A stretch of DNA of 63,777 nucleotides, counting the filler, from Atractiella rhizophila (taxonomy: Eukaryota): assembly GCA_021432655.1 (NCBI GenBank). It is 7 parts of 7 records of this genome, joined end to end, with 100 filler letters (N's around TTAATTAATTAA, not from the genome) between each part and the next. Parts side by side here need not be neighbours in the genome. Positions count along the whole stretch, not along the records: positions 45,650 to 56,995 come from MU272040.1; positions 57,096 to 63,777 come from MU272045.1; 5 more parts are not named here. One strand, written 5' to 3'. Within the stretch, counting starts at the first letter, position 1; the number at the start of each line of letters is the position of its first letter. The position numbers and the translations under genes were made by a program. This document shows, piece after piece, positions 50,902 through 61,825 of the stretch. A model generated the notes under the pieces. It searched no databases. It was not told the origin of the DNA and saw nothing but the letters and a program-made list of their open reading frames with translations.

Positions 50902-52280
50902 ATGTCGTCCTCACTGAGTCTTACAGGAGAAGAGTGGGTTGGGCTTGCTCTCAAACGTGCAGCTTTGGAGGAAGTGCTTTCCTCTGGTCGTACCTATCTC
51001 ACAGGCTCAGCTTTCTCACTTCTTCATGTGAACTTGACTAAACTGGAGGCAGCTTGTTTTGCGATCTATGTTTGGGACTTCATCCTCACCTTCCCAGCCG
51101 AATACAAGACTATGTGGAAAGCGCAACGCTGGACACCAGTCCGAGTCGCGTTTTTCTTCAACCGGTACCTTTCCCTCTAGCCTCTCTTAGCCCGCTGTAG
51201 ACTCAAGCGAGGAACACGAAGTTACTGGAGTCTCCTAAACTTTGTCCTCTCAATGACTCTTCTCTGGTTTGAATTCCACCCGAAAACTTGCAACAAGATT
51301 CACTTTTTTCGACCTATTGGCGGCATAGTCCTCTTCTGTGTGTTTCTCTCCTTCCTACGAACACCAATTGACCACAATCACATATGCAAAGTGACCTGCG
51401 AGTTTCTGTTTGGTGCAAGAGTCTGGGTAATATGGAACTCTCGAAAATGGGTAGCTTACTTCTTCGGAATCTTCGCTGTAGCTGGTACAGCTGTTCAGGT
51501 CTGGTCAGTTGCTCACAATGAGGCACTGCATTTGTAGCTCTTCCGAGTACGGGAGTTAAATCGCTGACTTGTCCCTAGAATGCCCGGTCTAAGGGGATGC
51601 ATTTCAGTTGGAGGGGGTCGGCGGTGAGTTGTGTTTCCTCAATCTAATCTTGCATGAACAAAGCTGACGCTTCGTAAAGTGAGCAATGGGCCTTTTGGTT
51701 CGCCCCAGCTGAAAGACGGGGAAGATGCTGATTGAGAGGACAGGATACCGCTGCTACTTTATGATACAACGGCAACTATATTCATGCTAGTGTCCGTCAT
51801 CTGATCTTCCACCTCTAATACTTTGCGAACAAGACTGAACAGACCGCTCCTCGCTCACTGGCGCAACACAACTCCGACGCGTCTCCTTTCCATTTTCATG
51901 CGTGACGGCGTCCTCTATTTCATTATTGTATTTGCCTGCAACCTGGTCAATGCGGTTTATTTCTCGTCTGTCGGGGAATGCTGTACTTTCCTCTGAACTG
52001 ACGTAGATGTGCGAACAGTGTCCCTGGAGTACTCGTTCCAGCTTTGAATACCCCGCTAGCAATATCATTCACGACTATGATGGCCACTCGCATCGTACTT
52101 CACATTCGGTCTGCCGCCCATGGCTCAAACTCCTGTGACGATGACATTGGCAACACTGGTGGTTCCTATGGACATAACAATACTGTTCCGAAGTTTCGCA
52201 GCCTGAGAAAGGCTGAGTTGTCGAACAGCCAGGAGGGAAGCAGCTCGAAGACGGAGTTGGGGTTAGTTACGCAGGCATGA
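50902..52280 (+). CDS. DUF6533-type 7TM membrane protein, copy D (frameshift in cytosolic tail truncates it)
   Basis: All 7TM exons in frame; after AELSN the homologous tail (LEDGVGVSYAGMIIEVKTDANME) lies in another frame, giving TGA at 52278-52280. Confidence 0.82.
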
Positions 52281-53220
52281 TAATTGAAGTTAAGACAGAT
52301 GCAAACATGGAACAGACGTCCGTCTACGCTCATTCTCGCGCGTCATTGAGGATTCTGAGGATTCTGATGGAAAAGATAGCATTGAAGCTGTGGACGATAG
52401 GTACACTTCACAGAAGAATGCAGTGTGGTAAAGAAAAAATAAAACAACTGGACTCGATGTGTACGGTATTTGTCAATGTCATCAGAATGTGAATTGTGTA
52501 TTTCCGAGCCAAGAGTGGATGACTGCATGGCTTAGAAGGGGAAAATTGAGGTTCTGGCCTTGAGATTGGACATCTGTGCGTCTCTCTTTTAACTGGCCTC
52601 GAATGCCTAACATCTCACCCCACCATATTCCTATCTGAGCGTATGCCCGTTCCTCTCGCATGTTTCGGGGCAGGTGGAGTGCGCATTCATTGTGCGGTCA
52701 CGGAGCAGACCGTCACAGCTCAGAGAAGCACTGCGCAGAGACTGCATCGCGCTAAAAGGGAGGTGGGCATTAGAAGATCAGGATAACTCTATTTCATCTC
52801 ACCAACATTGACGAGCGAACAAGAGCATCAGTGCCATCATAGGATGCAGTATTTCGTCAACAGGATGTTTGCCCAAGTTGAAAACTGCAGTGTGCATTGT
52901 TCTGAGATTCCTGTTCCCACAGAAGTGTTCAGAAGCAGAAGCAAACTAACACAGTGTTGGGAATGGAGTGCTCTGAACCTAAGCGTCGCCGTCCCCCGCT
53001 TTTGAGGTTCCTTCGAGTCTGCAGCTCAATGGGTGGGTCTTCCTTCTGAGCCATTTTGCGACACTTCCCAATTTACCCACAGGTTGAAAGGGGTTTCTCA
53101 GAGCTTCCTGCAACTGCTTCAAGGATAGAAATATATTCGTACCAGCTTATAAAGGAACATGGTTCATAACAGGCTGTCGACTTCTACCTTCGTAATTTTT
53201 CCTAGGGCTCAGGAGACGTC

Positions 53221-54709
53221 ATGTCATCCTCTGCCTCTTCAGCAAATCCCAGTCTTACTGTGGAAGAACAGCTCGACCTAGCTCTCCAAACTGCTGCCCT
53301 AGAGAGAATTCTTTCAGCCAGTCGTACCTATCTCACTGGTTGATGTTGCCACTTTCATGCGTGACCTGAGCTGAACTGGAGAACAGCATGTTTCGCCCTC
53401 TATGTCTGGGACTTCATCCTTACTTTCCCGGACGAATACAGGGACATGTGGAAGGCGGACCGATGGACATCAGTCCGAGTGTCATTCTTCTTCAACCGGT
53501 ACCTCTCTCGTCTCTCTGTGCACCGTAAACTTATGTAACACATGCAGCTACTGGAGCCTTTTAGTTTTTGTCCTGGCTATGTATCTGTTCTGGTTCGAAT
53601 TCACCCCAAAAACATGTGACAAGATTCACATTCTCAAGCCTATTGCAGTCACCATTCTTCTTTGTGCGTCTTCCTAATCTGAGGCATGTAATAAACTGAT
53701 ACAACAGGGACGCAGTGAACTGCCAGTTCCTCCTTGGCGCAAGAGTGTGGGTGATGTGGAACCGTCGGAAATGGGTTGCTTACTTCTTTGGAATATTGGC
53801 TATGGCTGGGACCACTGTCCAGGTCTGGTCGTTTTCTCAGAACAAAGCATTGCAGTTGTGCGTCTCATCCGATCTCGTCTTTGTGCACGATGTTAGAGAT
53901 AGGCTGACAAGTCCCCAAGACTGCCTGGCTTGAGGGGGTGTATCTCAGTTGTTAGAGGAGGTCAAAAGTGATTAGTTTTCCCTCAGTCTTATATGAAGGA
54001 AGCTGATGCTTTACTGGAGCCACCAATGGATTTATTGGTTTGTGTCCTATTCGAATAGAATCCCGTCGCTGATGGGGAACACAGGGTCCCCCTTCTCTTC
54101 TATGACACTACGGCAACAATATTCATGCTAGTGTCCGTCCCCAGTTCTTCCATCCGACTGGTTCTGGTTGCTAAGTCATCAACAGATGGCTCATCGCCCA
54201 GCGGCAGAATGGGAAGCTCAGTCTCCTCCCCTCAGTCTTCTTCCGTGACGGCGTCCTATACTTCGTCATCGTAACAATTTGCAACCTAATTAACGTGGTG
54301 TTCTTCTCGTTCGTACTCCTCTTCCATCTTTCATACCAAATTCACTCTGAACTGACTTACACCTGCAACGTAACGCAGTCTCCCTACAGAACGCAACCCA
54401 ACTTTGAACTGCCCGCTGACCCTAACATTCACATCAATAATGGCTACGCGCATAGTCCTCCACCTCCGATATGTAGCAAAATCAGTTGATAGCCGTGGCA
54501 GCAGCCGCAGTTTCCCTCATAGATGTAGCGATACACTTCCAAAGTTTCGCAGTTTTACCATCCCTGAACCATCCGACACTGAACTTCAGAGTGAAGAGCG
54601 TCGAATCGAGGAGAAGTTACGGGCTAGTTATCCTGGTGTGATGGTTGATGTTGAAATAGAGACGAAGATGGAAGCAAGGCAGGTGTACTACTCATTGCAT
54701 GCTGGTTAA
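53221..54709 (+). CDS. DUF6533-type 7TM membrane protein, copy E
   Basis: MSSSASS...ILSASRTYLT/ACFALYVWDFILTFPDEY.../KTCDK/CQFLLGARVWVMWN/PGLRGCIS/FYDTTAT/FFRDGVLYF/IMATRIVLHLR. Confidence 0.88.
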
Positions 54710-55282
54710 GCGTACTCATGGGAAGGATAGACTTGGGACTGTGGAAGAAGAAGTCGAATGCTCAGAGATGGACTATTGTTCGTGAGAAAAGTGTTGTATT
54801 ATCCGGCCGTAATTTATGGAGGTCTTGTCTATATTTTGATTTGTGCTGGCCTGTTTCTGCATTGTAATTTTTCGTCTTCGTTTAAGTATGGTGCCTACAC
54901 TGGTATGCAATTCAAAACTAACCAGTGAAGACTACTGGGGACAAATAGTTTAAAAATTGTTCCTGAGAAGTTCGTTCCCTCTCTAGTGCGAGAACATGGT
55001 CCGAGTGCATGCAAAGGACAATGTTGATATAGAGACAAGGTGATTTCAACACCACAAAAAAATATCTTCAAGATCCTTCGGATAAGTCGAGGTGAGCGAA
55101 TCTTCCCTTTCTGGTCGTTACGCTAGTTTTGTTCCGTGGTCAGACGAGATCAGCCCCGAGAAGCCATATACTTATATGCCTTGACTCTTAATGACTAAGG
55201 CAGATTTGTGACTTTAGAAGCGCAGAACAACAAACTGAATCATTTAAGCAATATCAGGTCCTCAGAAGGACAACGTGAGAGC

Positions 55283-55895
55283 ATGTCCTCGTCGCTCTTT
55301 CTTTTTGGCATTCCTCTTTGCGCAACCATTTCTCCAGTTGATGGTCCGCCCTCTCTGAAATCCTCGAAATCCCCTGCTTATTCTGATTGCTAACTCATCG
55401 AAAAAGGGCTCGTCCTCCAGCGGCGCTACACCAGGCACCGGCCTCCTCCTCTCCGTCTTCATTCGTGACGGCGTTCTCTACTTCATCGTCTTATCAATTT
55501 GCAAACGAGTTAAGGTGGTTTTCTTCTCGTTCGTATCTTCTTCACATCTGTGCATACAAATTTCACACCGAATTATCTGCAAAATAACGCAGTCTCTCTA
55601 CAGAAAGCAACCCAAAACCCAACGCTGAACTGTCCGCTCACTCTAACATTCACAACAATAATGGCTGCGCGCATAGTCCTCCACCTTCGATCTGTAGCAA
55701 AATCATTTGACGGTGGCAGCAGCCGCAGTTTCCCTCAAGGATGTAGCGATCCACTTCTGCACAGTTTCACCGTCCAATGAACCACCAGACACTAAACGTC
55801 AGAGTGAAGAGCGGCGAAGGAAGGAGAAGTTACGAGCTAGCTATACTGGTGTGATGGTCATCGTCCAGGTAGAGACGAAGGTGGAAGCAAGGTAG
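55283..55895 (+). pseudogene. DUF6533-type relic, copy F (only TM6-TM7 and tail remain; frameshifted)
   Basis: FIRDGVLYFIV and LNCPLTLTFTTIMAARIVLHLRSVAKS closely match copy E; frameshift near 55775; exons for TM1-5 absent. Confidence 0.8.
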
Positions 55896-56421
55896 GTGCT
55901 CCACTCATTGCGAGTCAGTTTATTGTGCAGACGCAAGTTTTCACTTCGCCCACACGACATGGACTGTATCAATACTGCTTTCTATTGAATCTATTTGGGC
56001 TGCACAATTCAAAGTGTAGGTGCGTACAGACTGGAAACCTAGCGTACCAAAGCAGCTCAAGCAATCAATCATCTATCAACAAACAACCTCATACCTGCGT
56101 CAACGGACCCAAATGGAATGGAGAACGCTCGCAATTAGAAGTTTAGAACTGAAGACGGTAACGAAGCGGTTAGCCCAAGGTTGGCTTTTGTTCGAAGGAA
56201 ATCAAGCCACGACAGACGGCGAAAAAGTTGGAATGACGATGGACGTTGCTGCTACTGATGATATTATGATGAAACTGATGTTGCTGTGGTTTTGCGATTG
56301 AACAAATTCAAAGTGCTGGGGATGGGGATGGAAGACGGACAATAGCAATGAAGCGGAAGAAAGGAGGGAACAAGGCACGAGAACTATAATGTGAATGTTG
56401 AGCGAAGTGGCGGCTTTTTAT

Positions 56422-56995
56422 TCAGATATCGCGACACCACTCGGCAAATCGAACCAAGTCTGGATAAGTCTTGTAGAGTGTGCACTGTTGTTTATTGACC
56501 ACATGAATCCTACATTGATTCGTAAGCAGCGAGTTTTGTGCGTGTAGCAAAATATGGAATGGTCTTACATGATAACTGCTGGTCGTTTGCCCGAAAATTT
56601 GAATCCTCGCCCGTGCGCGCAATCACCTTTTGAGTAAACATCATCATCAGTCAAGAAGCAATACATGGGATAAATGGGCCTGCCAATTGCTGCCAATTGA
56701 CCTTTTAGAAAATCTGTCCCCTCGATCAGAACAAAAACATCAGGAGAAAGTACCCGCACTGTTACGCTCCGTCTGACTCTTCGCTGAAGGTAAGCACTCC
56801 TTCCCACCGTAAGTGACCTTTACGTATGCCCGATTGGTTCTCGGACCAAAGATAATTGGACCTTCTAAGCCTTCCGCAACTGGGTCGCGACGCTGTTGAT
56901 GCAGTTCTTCCAGCAACCAAATTTTTTTGGCGACTCTTTCGAAATAGAGAGTGAGCTCTCGATTAAGCGGGGTAATCTCCAGCGTTTTCTCACGC
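56422..56995 (-). CDS. 3' part of a hypothetical protein cut by contig end
   Basis: Open minus-strand frame ...DVFVLIEGTDFLKG...KRPAVI, then GTAAG..TAG intron, then IHVVNKQQCTLYKTYPDLVRFAEWCRDI*. Confidence 0.5.
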
Positions 56996-57095
56996 NNNNN
57001 NNNNNNNNNNNNNNNNNNNNNNNNNNNNNNNNNNNNNNNTTAATTAATTAANNNNNNNNNNNNNNNNNNNNNNNNNNNNNNNNNNNNNNNNNNNN
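56996..57095. other. Artificial contig spacer
   Basis: TTAATTAATTAA at 57040-57051 within N. Confidence 0.97.
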
Positions 57096-57820
57096 GATGA
57101 TGTACGTTAACTTGAACTTGAAATTGACACGAAAAGTTCTTTCCCAACTATACAAAGACCTTAGAACTCGCGGGTCTTTTGGCTATGTTGGTGCGGTGTC
57201 GTTGGATGAACAAACGGAGAAGAACAGAACACTTAAATAAGACGAATACTCGAAAAGGCTGCATGAATTCCTCATTGAAGCATACTCACAGCGAAATTCA
57301 TCCTCTCACCTCAGATCATCATATTTGACCAACATATTTCTGAACTCCGGACTCCCTTCTCCTTAGCACTGCCAGTGCATAAACGAAGTGCGCCCCGATT
57401 CCATCCAGCCATAAAAGAAAGAATAAGAGCGGTCACAACTCGCCCGTAAGACTAGGACTTGAACACACAGAAGAAGACCCGACTACGAAGCGATAAAGAA
57501 TTGATGGAATATTGACGCCCTGGACGATCGTCATAAATCTCGCTCGTTGTTCTCCTCCGACAAGTCCGACACCTTCTCCTCCTCACAACGACCGACAACA
57601 ACCACCAGCGCAGCTCTTCAGCCCTGCACCGTTCAGGGTGACTGCCTCCCCAATCCCAAGTGCACAGCTCGACGTCTCTCCTCATACATCAGATCCACGA
57701 ACCAGCAAAAGCAGAAAAACAGCAGAACCAGTGAACTAATACCAAGGAGGAAAACACACTTTATCAGAGTACGCACTCATCGAATCATCAGCAGACTGGG
57801 CAAAAGGAACTCGAAGAGAT

Positions 57821-60800
57821 ATGTTTTCCATCTTTGCATCTTCAAAGGACAAGAAAAAGTCTGCTTCTCCCGCTCCGCCAGCAGCAGCACTCGCCCCGTC
57901 TCCCCTGTCCAACATCTCCGCCCTCTCCCACGCACTCGCAGAAGAAGGCGACGATCTCCCGCTCCCGCCTCCGCCTCCCATATCCGTCCCAGGTCCAGCA
58001 CCTCGCACTCCCTCTCCTCCACCAGCCTCGCAGTCCGCACTGTCCAGGAATCACACGATCAGCGCAGCCTCGAGGACGTACCTAAGCCATGCGAGGTACG
58101 ACAGGGAACGGCTCACTAAGAACCTGAGCGCGAAAGATCAGAAGTTCTTTGGCCTCTCCTCTCCCTCTCACCACTCTCCACATCCCGTTTCCCCAGGTGG
58201 AAGTCGATGGGGAGCTGTGGGCACGCCACCTAGCGTTGGCGAGGAGGAGGAGCTCGTGGTCGAGAGTCCATTCCCGGAAAGTTTGGAGGGAGATGACGGA
58301 TTGGAGGGTGATGGAGGCGATGGTCGTTTTGAGAGGGAACTCGCTGCCGCTCAGGCGAACCTTCAGAGACAGGCGAGCTTGCCTAGCAGGTTTCATTATC
58401 AATATAAGAGGGAAGAGGCTCCTTCTCCGTCCAACAATGCCGTATGCCCTCTTATGCTCTTTTAACGTGCTCCGATTCGGTAGTTGATATTTCGTACGTT
58501 GGACGGACAGATCGCCCCTCCTCCGCCGATGCCGACGCTCCCAACCCCTCCCGTCGCTCCTCCGCGCTCTCCAGCTCGTATAACGGTCCAAACGAATCTG
58601 ACTCGACACTCCTCCCTCTCTCGTGCGACAGGAGGGGCAGTCTCGTCCCTTCTTTCGCCTACGACCTCGTCCAACATCACTCGACACCAATCCCTGCGCG
58701 AAGGCAGGTCTCGGCTCGCCCAGATCGACGACGAATCTCCTACCTCTCCGACCTCCCATGCGAGGGTCAGGAGCGACGAGCTCGCGTCTCCGACCAAGCA
58801 ATCCTTCGGTGTCGGAGGAGGAGGCGCGCAGGATGGGCAGATGCAGAGACAGAGGAGCGGGACCACTCCCAGCTTGAGCATCGTCACCAACTTCCATGGA
58901 CCCAACAACACCGGAGGTGCAGGCGGACCGTTGATCCCTCCCTCCCCCTCTGGAATCAGGTCCCCTTGGTCCCCCACCCCCGAAGAAGCTGCCTCACTCT
59001 CCCGTCGCGCTTCCCAGAACTCGCATCGCTCCACCTCCCCTGTTCCTCCCGGTCCACCGGGCTTAGGTCCTAACAGCGCAATCGACAGCGCAGCCACTCC
59101 CACCGCTCCTAATGGTGGCAGACTGAGCCCCCGTCCCCGCGCAGGGCCGAGACAGCAAGTGAAGCATAACACTCTTCCGACGAGCGCGACGACGCCAACG
59201 AGTGCGAGGAAGGGACCGCAGTTGCAGCTCTTGACCAATAGGGATGCATTGATCGGTATGGTACAACAGCAGCAGCAAATTCCACATGGACAGGCACATG
59301 GCGGGAATGGAAATGGATTCGGTAACGCTCTCGCTTCCCCTTCTCCGATGGACGTCACTGCTGGCTCTCGTGCCGCTTTTCTTAAGGGTCCCCAGTCGGC
59401 CGCCCCTTATGTTCCTCCCATTGGGCATAGTCATAGGTTGAGAGGACCAGTTAGCGCGGGTGCTGGGAGTGAGGAGGGAGGATTGTTCAGTGCTCAGGGT
59501 GGAGGGTCTTGGAGGAGTCAGAAGGATAGAGTGCTTGGGAGGAGCAATAGTATGGGGTTAGGATTGGGGGAGGAGGAAGGGAGTGGAAATGGAGGAGCAA
59601 ATGGAGGAGGACAGAGCGAGGAAGCTTATAGGACGTTTCAGGTGTTGGCGAAACAGCAGGAAGAGATCTTGTGGCAGATCCAACAGAATAGGGAGATGAT
59701 AGACCGCATCCAATCCACGTCTTCCAACAACCCCTCCACCCTCGTGAACGCCAATCAGAACGCGAATTCGAATCAAAATATCCCTAATTCGAACAATATC
59801 AACCTTGCAGCTGCTGCCAGTCCTATCCTCCCTAACCCATCCCCTATCATTCCCGTCCAGCCACCATGGATGCGAAATGGCCCGTACGGCACTCAAGGGA
59901 TGTCCCCGGTCATGTTGCAGAGCCCTTACTCTCCGTATGGTGCTGGGATGGGAATGGGAAGAGGAGCGGGAATGGTGGCCAACTCCCCTGTTACACCGAT
60001 CGCCATGACGCCTGGTGGAGGAGGCGGCGGATTCGGAAGGGGAACCATGAGTTTTGACGTGCAGAAATTGGTGGAGGAGAAGGGATACAATCCGAAGAAC
60101 TTTGACCTGAAGCCTCCGAGGGCTAGGTTCTTTGTTATCAAGAGTTATACCGAGGAGGACGTGCATAAGGTTCGTCTTGCCATTTCTCCTTGACGCATCC
60201 AATGTGAGAGATATTGATCATGGGGGTTGCAGAGCTTGAAATACGAGATCTGGGCTTCGACTGACCTCGGCAACAAGCGTCTGGACAGGGCATTCAAGGA
60301 GTCGAATGCTAACGGACCCATCTATCTCTTCTTTTCTGTCAATGGTTCTGGACACTTTTGCGGGATCGCACAGATGTTGACGGAGGTAGACTATCACACC
60401 TCTTCAACTGTGTGGGCGCAGGATAAGTGGAAGGGAGTGTTCAAGGTCAAATGGCTGTTCGTGAAGGATGTGCCGTTGAGCGCTTTGAGGCATATCAAAC
60501 TTGAGTGCGTTCCTTCTTTTGCTCCTTCAATGCATCAGGACGCTGATGCGCCCATTGTTGTGGCGTCGAATAGGAATACGGCGGAAAAGAAAGCAGTCAC
60601 GAGTTCGAGGGATACGCAGGAGGTGCTTTACGATGCTGGTCTCGAAGTCCTGAGGATCATCGCAACATATCACTCCAACACGTCCTTGGTACAAGACTAC
60701 GGTCCGTCGCTCCCTACCTCTCCCATTTCATACTGACATTTATTTGACGTTGCTCTTCCGTTGTACTTAGCGTTCTATGAATCTAAAGAGCTTGACAAGC

Positions 60801-61107
60801 GCGTCGTCTCCCCCATCATCACCACCACCGCTGCCTCACCCTTCAACCCGAATTCGCCAGCGACGCTAACGCCGCTGTCAACCAACCTGCCGCCATATAT
60901 GCAACACAAGTCGCCCAGGACGCCGGTTTCCGCTAGAGGTGGAGGACCAGCGATGAGCCCAGCAGACTATGGGCATAGTCCGGTCCAGATGGGCGGGAGG
61001 AGGTTCAATAATGTGGTGGGAGGACCCTCTCAGGGTTGTGAGTTTCACTCTTTCTGTCGTTTCTGAGTGCGACGACGCCCTGACGGATGATGATGGGTGT
61101 AGATTGA
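57821..61107 (+). CDS. YTH-domain (YTHDF/Pho92-type) m6A-reader protein with long disordered N-terminus
   Basis: [80 protein letters not shown]; more than 700 aa of P/S/G/N/Q-rich sequence upstream. Confidence 0.92.
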
Positions 61108-61825
61108 AAAATGTTCATGGAACGATGTGCTCTGTCCTTCCCCCACGAAGGGGATGTCTTTCTGCTTTCTGTCAAAAAAAAACGATATGACGATGTCGAT
61201 GGACGTTGAGGGACATTGGTTCTTGGGCCTTTGGACTATCTTTAGTTTTGTCATTCATCGTTCGATGGACTTAAATCTTGAATGGACTACCAAAGATGGA
61301 CTCCGTGGACTTTTGAAGAAGCCAGAAATCAATGTCGTTTGGCGATCGCAACAAAGCATGAATGTGACAAATTACAATCAGTTCGATACCCTTCTCTATT
61401 CGTTTCTTTTGATGCTACTACCTCCCTTATCTCGACTGTCTAGTCTGGACTAGTTATATATTGCTTAATCATTTTGTGCATAACTTACCTTGTTCTTTTT
61501 CTGTCTTTGCTGTTGTACAATAGAATCGGATTGAAACTCTGACATTCCAAAATATCCCTAGATCCCCCATAATTTTCCTTGCTCATGATTTCCATGATAG
61601 TCCCTCATCGAGGCCTCATCCATCCCCGTCGTAATGCTCACCAGCATTTCGGAGACACTTGAAACAATTGCTGAAACATTAACCATGTTACCTTGTGTGG
61701 GTTTTTCGGATCCGAGACAAGTAAAACGTGTGTGGAAATATCTTTTGGGCGAGCGTTTTGGCAACGTTCTGAGCACTTGAGGCGTGGCAACATATTCTCG
61801 GCGAGAGAAGTTGCAGGAGAAGTTG

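Noticed and set aside
9276..57051. Six identical TTAATTAATTAA palindromes as a dispersed biological repeat
   Set aside because: Each is centred in an identical 100-nt N block; this is a synthetic six-frame-stop contig linker.
58082..60202. Long antisense ORFs (271, 298 and 214 aa) over the YTH gene, and similar shadows over NOP58 and ECM31
   Set aside because: Shadow frames of GC-rich or low-complexity coding DNA with no independent protein features.
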